DNA of 56,203 nt from a virus. Lineage: Duplodnaviria; Heunggongvirae; Uroviricota; Caudoviricetes. Positions 1 to 8,775 of the stretch are shown here, in pieces. The stretch lies in the IMG/VR virus record IMGVR_UViG_2778260992_000008, positions 1-56,203 of that record, one strand, 5' to 3'. The notes under the pieces are model-generated. The model searched no databases. It had not been told where the DNA came from and saw only the letters and a list, made by a program, of their open reading frames with translations. Every line of letters starts with the position of its first letter. The first letter of the stretch is position 1. The position numbers were made by a program, and so were the translations under genes.

Positions 1-234
1 TTACGTTTTATCAGTATCAGAAAGCAAGCCTACTGACTTAAAGAACTGCATTACATCTTGATAACGATATACAGGGCGCGACGTAGTTGATAATTCGTGA
101 AGCGGTTCAGGAAATGGGGTACCTGCCGCTTCCCATTTCATTTTCCATACTCTAAAGGTTGTCCTACTTATTCCGCCAAGCATTTCCCTGATCCGTGCCG
201 TAGTTAATAATAATGTCGCGGTTTTATCCATCAC
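1..234 (-). CDS. AlpA/Xis-family small DNA-binding protein (candidate excisionase or regulator)
   Basis: 77-aa ORF; HTH-like segment LLLTTARIREMLGGISRTTFRVW; last gene of the minus-strand arm. Confidence 0.45.
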   Translation of the reverse strand: MMDKTATLLLTTARIREMLGGISRTTFRVWKMKWEAAGTPFPEPLHELSTTSRPVYRYQDVMQFFKSVGLLSDTDKT

Positions 235-884
235 TCATCCCCGGTATATTTAGTTAGCGGGATATCCCCATTAATAATAAATTTTGCCATACCGCGATAA
301 TCACGCGAGTAGTCATTGTCGTGACCGAAATCAATTTCACTTGCCGCATCGAATCCGATAACGACGTTTGCCAGCGCGAACGCAATTTGTGCCAACGCTT
401 TTTCGCGCGGGTCAACGTGAATCCGGTAAGTGTATTGCGTCCATGCAATCGGTGTTTCTGCCTTACGCTCAAGTTTGCTTTGAGCAATGGCCCACTTGTC
501 ACCGATGAAACGGAACATAACCGTGTCGATTACGCAGCCGCTGGCTAAACCGTGACAATCAAGCCACACGCCGCACGGTGGTTTCTCCCCTACAATCCAT
601 TCCGTTTTCTCCGGTTTCGGATCACAGTCGTGGCGTTCGTCTTCGATCAGTTCATCAATAATTTCGCTTTCTTTATTCATGCCGTCATCATCCGTTTCAG
701 AGTAACGCACAAAGCGCCACGTATTAGCCATCAGCGTATAAGATTCACCGCCTACCTTAGATCCGGCGTAATACTCCGTCCCGAAATCGTAATAACTTAA
801 AAACGTAGTTACTTCAAAAGACGGAATATCGCCACGGAAGCGGTGAACCATTTTACCTATTGCAAAAGGGGTTTTCTTTGTCAT
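231..884 (-). CDS. hypothetical phage protein (217 aa)
   Basis: Long ORF whose stop overlaps the downstream gene start by 4 nt; no motif recognised. Confidence 0.45.
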   Translation of the reverse strand: MTKKTPFAIGKMVHRFRGDIPSFEVTTFLSYYDFGTEYYAGSKVGGESYTLMANTWRFVRYSETDDDGMNKESEIIDELIEDERHDCDPKPEKTEWIVGEKPPCGVWLDCHGLASGCVIDTVMFRFIGDKWAIAQSKLERKAETPIAWTQYTYRIHVDPREKALAQIAFALANVVIGFDAASEIDFGHDNDYSRDYRGMAKFIINGDIPLTKYTGDE

Positions 885-885
885 A

Positions 886-1074
886 TTACGCCACCGTTAC
901 ATTGTCAACCTGAATAAAATATTCAGGGTGGTTTTCTATTTCGTGCTGAAAGTGCGCGTGACACAATCGCCACTCCCGCGCCTGGTTGTGAAAGTAATAA
1001 ACGCATTCGCCATCAACCTTATACAAAATTCCGGTAGGTCTAGCCATATAATAACGCGCCATTATTGCCCCCAA
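886..1074 (-). CDS. hypothetical small Cys/His-containing protein
   Basis: 62-aa ORF packed between neighbouring minus-strand genes. Confidence 0.3.
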   Translation of the reverse strand: MGAIMARYYMARPTGILYKVDGECVYYFHNQAREWRLCHAHFQHEIENHPEYFIQVDNVTVA

Positions 1075-1493
1075 CGTTTTATGAATTCCTCGTTTAATTT
1101 CGTATCACCAGACCATTGAACATCATGTTCAGCACCGAACGAGTAAATCAATTCGATTAGTTCGCTGAATTCTGATTTACTCATCCGGCTTGTAGACGTT
1201 CCCAATACAACGAAGCCGGATTTATCCAGGTTAGGGACGACGCCATATTTCTTAAGCCCGGCAGTGAATACCGCTTTCCAGTCTTCCGGCGACAGCTTCT
1301 TACCGTACCAATTAACCTGATCGCTAATGTCGGTTAACAGCGCCCAAAGCAACGCATTTTGGCTTAGCGAGCGGGTTTTCTCCTGGATGGTAATTATCAG
1401 CGGGCTTTTGCTATCAGGCTGGATCTCTCTTATCTGCCTGATAGCATTTTCTTTCACTGCGTCGTTGACTATCTCAAATCTAATTTGCCTCAT
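1062..1493 (-). CDS. ninB: NinB-family recombination protein
   Basis: 143 aa; close match in order and motifs to lambda NinB (SQNALLWALLTDIS..., VVPNLDKSGFVVLGTSTSRMSKSEF...). Confidence 0.8.
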   Translation of the reverse strand: MRQIRFEIVNDAVKENAIRQIREIQPDSKSPLIITIQEKTRSLSQNALLWALLTDISDQVNWYGKKLSPEDWKAVFTAGLKKYGVVPNLDKSGFVVLGTSTSRMSKSEFSELIELIYSFGAEHDVQWSGDTKLNEEFIKRWGQ

Positions 1494-1687
1494 AATACAC
1501 CGTTGCTATTTTTCCATTGCGCCCGTGCGTACATAATCGCCTGCAAAGAAATTAGCCGCGAGCTTGTCATGAATGCGCCTTTTAAATATTTCATATCAAC
1601 CGTAACGGGCTTATCAGGATCATCGCCGCGCATGTACTCCGCGATAGTGCTTAAGTCTTCCACTGTTAAATCCAATTCCTTGTCCAT
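1490..1687 (-). CDS. hypothetical protein
   Basis: 65-aa ORF, 4-nt overlap with ninB start. Confidence 0.35.
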   Translation of the reverse strand: MDKELDLTVEDLSTIAEYMRGDDPDKPVTVDMKYLKGAFMTSSRLISLQAIMYARAQWKNSNGVL

Positions 1688-1696
1688 AATTCCCCC

Positions 1697-1903
1697 TTAC
1701 ACAATCCGCATTGTGTTTCGTAATTCCCCGCGCAGCGCCCGCAATGCATCGCGCATTGGCACAAAAACCCGGTTAAATTTTACGTGTTTATATTTACGCA
1801 TCAGTGGCGGTGTATACACCATTGCGTCGTATACTTCCCACGGATAATAAACGCGCGTATCGTCAACAAACGTTTCAACTGAATAAAAGATTACACGTCT
1901 CAT
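1697..1903 (-). CDS. hypothetical protein
   Basis: 68-aa ORF in operon context. Confidence 0.35.
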   Translation of the reverse strand: MRRVIFYSVETFVDDTRVYYPWEVYDAMVYTPPLMRKYKHVKFNRVFVPMRDALRALRGELRNTMRIV

Positions 1904-2457
1904 AATTCTAACCCCGTTTCCCCGTTAAGTTTTTCGATCTCAAATACTGGTTTATCCGGTAGTAGGCCGTTATTTTTCCGGTATTCGTTCAGGCGGCTGT
2001 CAAAGTCAAACGCGAGATCATTCGCGTGACCGAAGCGACCAGGTTTAAACAGTGAGTAAAAATTAAGGCCGTGTTTATTGGTATCTATGCAAAGCGTTTC
2101 ATCCAGCACCATTAAACGCAGCGTGCGCGAAAGGTAATTCCACGGAATGCCAGTTTCCGCGCTAATATCTCTCATTCGCTTTCTAACGTTGTAGTCAGTA
2201 AATAACGCGGCTACACGCTCGCGTCGTTGTTCGTATAAATATTTAATTCGATAGCCCAGCAAGCGGCGGCGCGGGCCAAAATATGTATACACCCGCTCAA
2301 CCAGATTAGTGTCGATCAGGTGTTTAACTGTTTCCGGCAAGCATCCGGCTTCGTCGTATTCCGCTGATAATCCTGTTTTCTGGCGTAGCTGGTGCATTGT
2401 TGCGATGCCATCAAGTTCAAGGATATTGATAATTTTTGCTTCAAGTTCAATGCTCAT
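1900..2457 (-). CDS. hypothetical protein downstream of helicase gene
   Basis: ORF 1900-2493; ATG at 2457 preceded by GAGG chosen over the upstream non-ATG start. Confidence 0.4.
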   Translation of the reverse strand: MSIELEAKIINILELDGIATMHQLRQKTGLSAEYDEAGCLPETVKHLIDTNLVERVYTYFGPRRRLLGYRIKYLYEQRRERVAALFTDYNVRKRMRDISAETGIPWNYLSRTLRLMVLDETLCIDTNKHGLNFYSLFKPGRFGHANDLAFDFDSRLNEYRKNNGLLPDKPVFEIEKLNGETGLEL

Positions 2458-2536
2458 TGTTTTTCGCCTCGTTTTAAGCGCGAAAACAGCCACCAGAAAG
2501 CGGTCAACTTTCCGGTAAGCCGTTTGCTCAAGTTAA

Positions 2537-3958
2537 TTAAAAAGATGCGTTGTTCTGGCTGTTTCGTGTGGAGAATCGACTTGCCGCCGGACGTTGTTGC
2601 ATTGACTGAATGCAAGCGGACGCCGCGCGGGCCTGGTCGCATGGGATGATGTTGCCGTTATCGTCAAACCGCTGGTAAACAGTCCCCGTTTTCCCGTGAC
2701 GGTTTTTTGAAACGATGATCTCCATATATTCGCGGGCAACCGATTGTTCGTTGTAGTAGCCGTCGCGGTAGACCATGATGATCCGGTCTGCGTCCTGTTC
2801 AAGATTACCGGAATCACGCAGATCAGAATTGTTCGGGCGCTTGTTCGGTCGTTCCTCAACGCGGCGGGATAATTGCGCCAGCGCCGCCACTGGCACGCGC
2901 AACTCTTTCGCCATCATTTTCAATGACCACGACAATTGCCCTACGGCGAGATCATGACGTTCGGCCTTAGCCAGCTTCATTAACCCGATGTAGTCAATCA
3001 TTACCATCCCCAGGTTAGGATGGTCCTGTTTCATCCGTTCGACGGTGGCGCGTATTTCCTCGACCGTTAACTGCGATGCGTCAACAATCCACACATCGAG
3101 ATCGGCAAGGGCACTCATTCCCTGGGCGACGTGCGCCCAACCTTCGTCATCCAGTTTTACCGGATTACGTAGGCAATCCGTTGATAAGTTCCCAGCGCCA
3201 GCGATAGCACGTTCAGTCATCTGATCGAGCGACATTTCAAGCGTGAACAGCAAAACGCCGACCCGTTGACCTTCGCCGCCAGGGTATGGACGTTCAGCCG
3301 CCGCGCGGGCAATTGCCAACGCTAACGCCGATTTACCAGACCCTGGGCGTCCGGCGATAAGCACCAGATCAGTAGCGTTAATGCCGCCTAACATTTCGTC
3401 GAGTGGTTCGATCCCTGTTTTGATGTTGTCAGAATTAACACCACATTCCATACGTTTGCTTAAGACTTCCGTATATTCCTGTACCGCGTCGCGCAACAGC
3501 ACCGGAATAATCTTGTCTTTCGTTGTCTTTAATTTTGAATAGCGGGAATCAAAATATTTCATCGTCTCCCTGACGGCTTCGAGCGTCCCGGTCTCCAGGT
3601 TGTAGCGGATATCGTCTATCAGTTCCAACATTTGCCGCCGCTGATATTCCTCCTGCAATAGAGCTGCGTACCCCTTAAGGTTGGCAGCAGATGGACACGA
3701 TCGCGCCGTTTGCATTAGCGGGACAAAATTTTCGTTACCGATTTCATCACCGACCATCAGCGCGTCAATAAGGTTTCTGTTTCTGGCTTGCGCCCGGATT
3801 ATCTCAAACGCTCGTTTATATAGTGGAATGGTGAAGACTTCAGGATCGAGCGTAGCAAGAACATCTTGCGCGTTAGGAGTAAGACCGCCCAACAGGAGGC
3901 CACCTATCACAGCCGCCTCCCGTTCCTGGCGTAATGAGTTTATTTGCTCAGTCACCAT
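2537..3958 (-). CDS. replicative DNA helicase, DnaB family
   Basis: 473 aa; Walker A GRPGSGKSALALAIA, DnaB-like N-terminal domain and RecA-like core motifs. Confidence 0.9.
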   Translation of the reverse strand: MVTEQINSLRQEREAAVIGGLLLGGLTPNAQDVLATLDPEVFTIPLYKRAFEIIRAQARNRNLIDALMVGDEIGNENFVPLMQTARSCPSAANLKGYAALLQEEYQRRQMLELIDDIRYNLETGTLEAVRETMKYFDSRYSKLKTTKDKIIPVLLRDAVQEYTEVLSKRMECGVNSDNIKTGIEPLDEMLGGINATDLVLIAGRPGSGKSALALAIARAAAERPYPGGEGQRVGVLLFTLEMSLDQMTERAIAGAGNLSTDCLRNPVKLDDEGWAHVAQGMSALADLDVWIVDASQLTVEEIRATVERMKQDHPNLGMVMIDYIGLMKLAKAERHDLAVGQLSWSLKMMAKELRVPVAALAQLSRRVEERPNKRPNNSDLRDSGNLEQDADRIIMVYRDGYYNEQSVAREYMEIIVSKNRHGKTGTVYQRFDDNGNIIPCDQARAASACIQSMQQRPAASRFSTRNSQNNASF

Positions 3959-3976
3959 TATGGTATTGCCTCCGGT

Positions 3977-5095
3977 TTACAAAATGGAATATTCAGGGTA
4001 ATAAACAAAGCGCCCAATTTCCCCATAATCCGGGCTGTAAATTATTACCGCTGCCAGCCGCCGCGACCGCCAGCCGCCATTTGTTGAATAAGCGTCTTTG
4101 CCCGCTAACGTGCCGTGATGTTCAACGATCCCTAACGATGTTTCTACGACAGATTGATGATGTAGGTGGCCCGTGTGAGCGTAAACCGCCGCCGACTTAC
4201 CGAAATCCTCCCGCCAGTCAGAAACGCAGGCAGCCAACAAATTTTCGGGTTTTTTGATAGTGTGCCCGTGGTGGTAAGCAAGGAATGTTTTTCCGTACTG
4301 TGTGTGGTGAACGATAGCAGGGGATACATCAACCGTCACGCGCGGTTCATCTTCATAAAAAGCCGCCAGCGCCGCACGTAGCCAAATCATCCCCGATTGG
4401 TCGTGGTTGCCGGATAATACCTGGATCTCGACATCCTTATGATTTAGTAACATCTTCCCGACCGCACGCCTGACCGACCGGATCGCCACATAAACAAGTT
4501 TTGCGTAGCGACTATCTTGATCAAGAATATGTCCGCTTGTCGGTGTAACCGGGATCATCCCATCAGAATGGAGTAGATCTCCGCCTAACAGCAAAACAGC
4601 CTTTTCAGACATTGGAGCAGCGCCTACAGCGTAGTCGAAGAAGTCATTTAGCACGCGTTCAGCGATCCCGGTGTCGTAGCTTTCGCCGCATTCCGCCCTA
4701 TGCGCAAGCGCCCCGATATGAAGATCGAATACCGGATAAAGGGCCAGGCTTTTTTGGAAATCAATCTCAGGAACTGGCACAGCCTCCGCGCGGGGTATCT
4801 CTTCCGTGAAAGCATCGCAAGCCGCTTGCATTAGCCTTTCCATTTCGTCTCGATCACGGGCCGTTTTAATCCAGCGCATAATCACATTGCCATCCTTATC
4901 AACGAGCAATGATTCACCGTTAACACCGAAGCCAGGAGCGCGACGCGTGGATATTAAACCGCGCTTCGCCAGCCGTGCGCCCAGGCGTTCGACGTTGCGT
5001 TTTGCCATTCCATATTCTTCGGCTATTTGCTTGTAAGTTTTCCCCTTATTGTATTCAGCGATCAGTTGTTCGTCGCTGATCTTTCTTTGTGACAT
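3977..5095 (-). CDS. HTH-domain protein fused to calcineurin-like metallophosphoesterase
   Basis: N-terminal HTH (KTYKQIAEEYGMAKRNVERL); phosphoesterase motifs FDLHIG, GGDLLHSDG, SGNHDQ, YHHGH, HTGHLHH; sits between replication organiser and helicase. Confidence 0.6.
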   Translation of the reverse strand: MSQRKISDEQLIAEYNKGKTYKQIAEEYGMAKRNVERLGARLAKRGLISTRRAPGFGVNGESLLVDKDGNVIMRWIKTARDRDEMERLMQAACDAFTEEIPRAEAVPVPEIDFQKSLALYPVFDLHIGALAHRAECGESYDTGIAERVLNDFFDYAVGAAPMSEKAVLLLGGDLLHSDGMIPVTPTSGHILDQDSRYAKLVYVAIRSVRRAVGKMLLNHKDVEIQVLSGNHDQSGMIWLRAALAAFYEDEPRVTVDVSPAIVHHTQYGKTFLAYHHGHTIKKPENLLAACVSDWREDFGKSAAVYAHTGHLHHQSVVETSLGIVEHHGTLAGKDAYSTNGGWRSRRLAAVIIYSPDYGEIGRFVYYPEYSIL

Positions 5096-5272
5096 AACGT
5101 TATTCCCTCCGGTTCACGGAATGAGTATTTATTCATAAATAACTATTTTTATTAACATGGATTTTCCGGTGACAAAAAAAGTCATCGGTGATAAATCAAT
5201 AACTTACGCAAATTAAAAATAACTACTTAATAAATAACTAATCGTATACATTATAGTTTACATTTTGTATAT

Positions 5273-6184
5273 TCATTGACAGCAAACAATCTCTTTATAT
5301 GTTTCTTCTACCATGTCGAAAACTTCAGGCCTGTAATAAAAAAATTCTTCGCTACCGCTAAATTTTACAGGAAAGTTAATTTTATAATTGCTAAAAGCCT
5401 TATGCATCGTTCTTTCTAATTCATATATATTTTCGGTTGGTCCATATAGCGTTTTCACGATATGCAAATCAGGAATTATAACGCCTGCTTTATGTGCGCT
5501 TCTTAATACCTGATTTCTTCGCTCGTTCTCCTTAACACTTACACCTATTTTCATTTGTGTAGGTACTTCCAGATCATCAACCATGATGTAAAGTTTTCCG
5601 TGATCGTGGGATAAAAAACCGCGTTTACCGCATTTCGGGCAACCGTGCCCGCATTTAAGGTGACTAGGCTTTGCTAACCACTTGTGATTACAAACTTTAC
5701 AGCGACACAATACCTTCTTCGCATCTCCGGTAATTTTCCCTAAAACTTCAACATCATGATTAGCCTTAACAATATTTGCAACTTGTTCTTTGTGTGTTAA
5801 TGTTGCTTTTAATCTCGCGCATTTCGGGCAACCGTGCCCGCATTTAAGGGCATTAGGTATAGACGACCATTCATGTCTACAAACCTTGCATCGACATAAC
5901 ACTTTCGTTTTGTCTCCTGTTATTTCTCCTGTAACTTCAACATCAGGATTAACCTTAGCAATGGCTACAACCTGTTCTTCGTGTGTTAACTTCGCATTTC
6001 CAGCGCATTTTGGACAACCCTGACCTCGCTTGAGGTTGCAAGGTGTAGGCGACCATTCATGTCTACAAACCTTGCATCTACATGTGACTTTTGTTTTATT
6101 GCCAGTAATTTCCCCGATCACTTCAACATCAGGATTGACGTCAGCAATAACTGCAACCTGTTCTTCGTGTGTTAACTTTCTCAT
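5273..6184 (-). CDS. triple zinc-ribbon repeat protein with C-terminal T5orf172/GIY-YIG-like domain
   Basis: Three ~47-aa repeats (LTHEEQV..NPDVEV.GEITG.KTKV.CRCKVCRHEWS...GCPKC); C-terminal KLYIMVDD...ENIYELERTMH...SGSEEFF; AT-rich; start 6184 chosen (ORF extends to 6226). Confidence 0.55.
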   Translation of the reverse strand: MRKLTHEEQVAVIADVNPDVEVIGEITGNKTKVTCRCKVCRHEWSPTPCNLKRGQGCPKCAGNAKLTHEEQVVAIAKVNPDVEVTGEITGDKTKVLCRCKVCRHEWSSIPNALKCGHGCPKCARLKATLTHKEQVANIVKANHDVEVLGKITGDAKKVLCRCKVCNHKWLAKPSHLKCGHGCPKCGKRGFLSHDHGKLYIMVDDLEVPTQMKIGVSVKENERRNQVLRSAHKAGVIIPDLHIVKTLYGPTENIYELERTMHKAFSNYKINFPVKFSGSEEFFYYRPEVFDMVEETYKEIVCCQ

Positions 6185-6324
6185 CGATCCAACTCCACAA
6201 AACGCACCAGACGCTATACAACGCAAAATTCCACCGCGTAACCCACTTGTAAGGGTGCAGTGTCTTTTTCGCGCCAGAGACGCTATCAGGTGGCTAATTT
6301 TCGATTTTTAAGGTGACAGGGTAG

Positions 6325-6426
6325 TTATGGATTAACTAGCAGATACAAACCGCCGAACAAAGCGACATTAACAGCGATAGCCATCGCGATCGCGAAAGCC
6401 AGGGCGAACATGCGTTTACCGTTCAT
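6325..6426 (-). CDS. small hydrophobic peptide (33 aa)
   Basis: MNGKRMFALAFAIAMAIAVNVALFGGLYLLVNP; RBS AGAGAGGA 8 nt upstream; not in track (<60 aa). Confidence 0.3.
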   Translation of the reverse strand: MNGKRMFALAFAIAMAIAVNVALFGGLYLLVNP

Positions 6427-6558
6427 AGCTAAATCCTCTCTCAATCGCTCTCTAACGAGCTAATCGCAAAAAGGTAAGAAGTGTAGCACCCCATGCGATT
6501 TAGCCCGCTGGTGAGCTTGTTTTGTGGGTAATTTTGGTTCTTTAGTGATGATGGATAG

Positions 6559-7668
6559 TCAAAGAGCGCCAGCGCGTGTATCACGTAGCGTTTTTGGTTT
6601 AAGCAGGAAATCAAGTGTCGCAGTAAAGCCATTGCCGAAGTAAAAATCTGAAGCCGTGTTTTTGAACGCCTCAAAGTAAGCAATAAAGCCAGTGATGCTT
6701 TTGTCTTTCAGGTAGTCAGTGAACGCATAGATCTTGCGTTCCAAATCCCGATCCAGTTCGGCAGGTGGTAACAGGCCGTCGAATGTCTGGTTAAATGCTG
6801 ATACCACGACAGCAGCGTTAACAGTAGCTGTAACTCTTCGCCATTGTTCAGCATCAGCCAGATACCCATCAAACTTAGTTACCCGGCAAATGTTGATAGG
6901 CTTAGGTACTCCACTCCGGCTACGCCATTGCGTTAAAGCCCATTCAATTACTAATGTGATCTCATCCTCCGTATATGCCTTACGTGTTTTTGTTTCTGTC
7001 AGTAGTTCGATGAATGGCTTCGTATCACGACATTTGCATCCTGCTTTTTCGTTGTAGAAAGCTAAGCAACGGTAAGCCGCCTCGCTTATCTGAAAGTCAC
7101 CGTCCTGATTGACCGTTTTTTGTCCATTTTCGCTAATACACGAAGTGTATATATCTTTTTCTATTTCTTCTTCTACTTCTTCTTCTACTTCTAATCCATG
7201 GCTATGACATGGTTGTGCCATGGCTGCATCATGGTTGTGCCATGGTTTTTCTTTTTCTGTATCTTGTGAATTATTTACTTCCACTAAAGGATTATCTAAC
7301 TTTTTATTTTTTTTGACGTTTAGCCTTTTAATTGCTTCCCTAAATTCGCTTTTTGATGAAGCCATTGATTGATCAAGTCTTTTTGCTAACGACAAGCATC
7401 TTACAACGCCATGCGAGCAATCGAACAAGCCAACTTCGATGAAGTATCTCATCATTTCTTCTACACGTTTCGGACTTGATCCGACATTACGGGCAATAAT
7501 TCTTGCGTCGTGTTTTAGTTCGAATGTCAGATTATGTTGATCTACTTCGTAGGCTATTAACTCGATGCAGTACCAATAAAGGCCGTATCCTTCCAGACCA
7601 TAATCAAGCAAAACGTTTTGAAGTTTTTCATCGCGGTTCGCATCGCTATCATGCTTAAACCACTTCAT
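6559..7668 (-). CDS. replication initiation / replisome organiser protein
   Basis: N-terminus MKWFKHDSDANRDEKLQNVLLDYGLEGYGLYWYCIELIA resembles phage replisome-organiser N-terminal domains; strong RBS AGGAGAAAAGCAA-ATG; first gene of minus-strand arm. Confidence 0.7.
   Translation of the reverse strand: MKWFKHDSDANRDEKLQNVLLDYGLEGYGLYWYCIELIAYEVDQHNLTFELKHDARIIARNVGSSPKRVEEMMRYFIEVGLFDCSHGVVRCLSLAKRLDQSMASSKSEFREAIKRLNVKKNKKLDNPLVEVNNSQDTEKEKPWHNHDAAMAQPCHSHGLEVEEEVEEEIEKDIYTSCISENGQKTVNQDGDFQISEAAYRCLAFYNEKAGCKCRDTKPFIELLTETKTRKAYTEDEITLVIEWALTQWRSRSGVPKPINICRVTKFDGYLADAEQWRRVTATVNAAVVVSAFNQTFDGLLPPAELDRDLERKIYAFTDYLKDKSITGFIAYFEAFKNTASDFYFGNGFTATLDFLLKPKTLRDTRAGAL
7160..7330. repeat. iteron-like direct repeats plus AT-rich tract inside the replication gene (candidate origin)
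   Basis: CATGGTTGTGCCATGG at 7208-7223 and 7230-7245; CTTCTTCTACTT x2 upstream; AT-rich run 7246-7330. Confidence 0.45.
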
Positions 7669-7975
7669 TTGCTTTTCTCCTATGGTTAAAATGAACGCGC
7701 GGGCGGGTATCCCATTAGCATTAGATAGCAGTGATTGACCGCTTAACAGATCCCGCCGTTGCGTGATATTTGTTTTTCGCTTCGCAGCGACACCGGGTTT
7801 TTAAAGAGCTTTAAGGTATGCGCCTTTTTGTGCTATTCCCTTATCTTTTTTCTTGCATCCTTGCAAGTCTGGCTTTACCTTGTCTGCAAGTTTACAGAAT
7901 GGCATTTACAGGTCAAGACTTGAAAAATACATTTTGTGACTTGCATCAAACTTTTTGGGGCGATAGGGTAGCGAC

Positions 7976-8623
7976 ATGAAAACAAAATGGTATGACTTAG
8001 CAAAACAACTCATGCGGGCGCAAGGTATGAGCCAGGATTCATTGGCGGACCTGATGGGGATCACGAAAGGCGGCTTATCGCACTGGCTGAACGGTCGCCG
8101 TGAGCCAAATCTTAATGATATTGCGCGGATCATGCGGGCGCTTGGTCGTCGGCAGTTTACGGTCACACATGATGGGATGGTTATTGATGATTCACTTTCT
8201 AATACACTGCCGGGAGCGCCACCGCTCGACGTAGGGCGTTATCCGGTGATTGACTGGAAAGACGCAGGAAACTACATGGAAGAAGCAAAACGCGCATCAT
8301 TACCGCACGTTAACACTAGCGTGATTTGTTCGGATGATAGTTATTGGCTGGTTGCAAAAGGTGAATCGATGAACGCGCCGCAAGGATTGAGCATCCCGGC
8401 GGGAACGATGATACTTGTTGATCCACACGCGCCAGCTATTGACGGCAAACTGGTTATAGCCCAATTGGAGGAAGGGCAAACGCCGACGTTTAAACAGTTG
8501 ATTATTGATGGAGGTCAAAGGCTTTTACGCTCGCTTAATCCGTTGTATCCACCAATCCCGCTAAATCCTGAATCAAAAATTATTGGCGTGGTGGTGGACG
8601 CGAAGATCGTAAACCTGCCATAA
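7976..8623 (+). CDS. cI-like repressor, HTH plus S24 LexA-type peptidase domain
   Basis: N-terminal HTH (SQDSLADLMGITKGGLSHWLNGRR); C-terminal GESM Ser and FKQL Lys dyad; divergent from replication genes. Confidence 0.85.
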   Translation: MKTKWYDLAKQLMRAQGMSQDSLADLMGITKGGLSHWLNGRREPNLNDIARIMRALGRRQFTVTHDGMVIDDSLSNTLPGAPPLDVGRYPVIDWKDAGNYMEEAKRASLPHVNTSVICSDDSYWLVAKGESMNAPQGLSIPAGTMILVDPHAPAIDGKLVIAQLEEGQTPTFKQLIIDGGQRLLRSLNPLYPPIPLNPESKIIGVVVDAKIVNLP

Positions 8624-8628
8624 ACATT

Positions 8629-8653
8629 AGCCGCCGGATGGCGGCTTTTCTTT
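8629..8653 (+). terminator. rho-independent terminator after repressor gene
   Basis: AGCCGCC-GGAT-GGCGGCT hairpin followed by TTTCTTT. Confidence 0.55.
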
Positions 8654-8732
8654 GCCCGGAAAACACCAAAACGTAAACCGAAAACGGGTTTTATCATTTG
8701 AATATCAATGAGATAGAAAATATTTTAAAAAA

Positions 8733-8775
8733 GTATACAAAATGGATTGACTCGACATATCACAGGGCGTATATT
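8733..8775 (+). promoter_or_regulatory. sigma70-like early promoter with upstream ACAAAATGG element
   Basis: TTGACT (8747-8752), 17-nt spacer, TATATT (8770-8775); GTATACAAAATGGA immediately upstream. Confidence 0.55.

Noticed and set aside
2454-2859. Small ORFs overlapping the 3' end of the helicase gene
   Set aside because: Contained in or antisense to the helicase ORF; no RBS.
5640-6190. Tandem ~141-bp DNA repeats considered as a CRISPR-like or satellite array
   Set aside because: The repeats are in frame and encode three zinc-ribbon modules of one protein; no spacers of unique sequence.
7801-7905. 35-codon minus-strand ORF in the switch region considered as Cro
   Set aside because: No recognisable HTH and no convincing RBS; kept as a point to check, not called as a gene.
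7906-8166. 86-codon minus-strand ORF overlapping the start of the repressor gene
   Set aside because: Antisense to the well-supported cI-like gene, no RBS, low-complexity product; not a Cro candidate.
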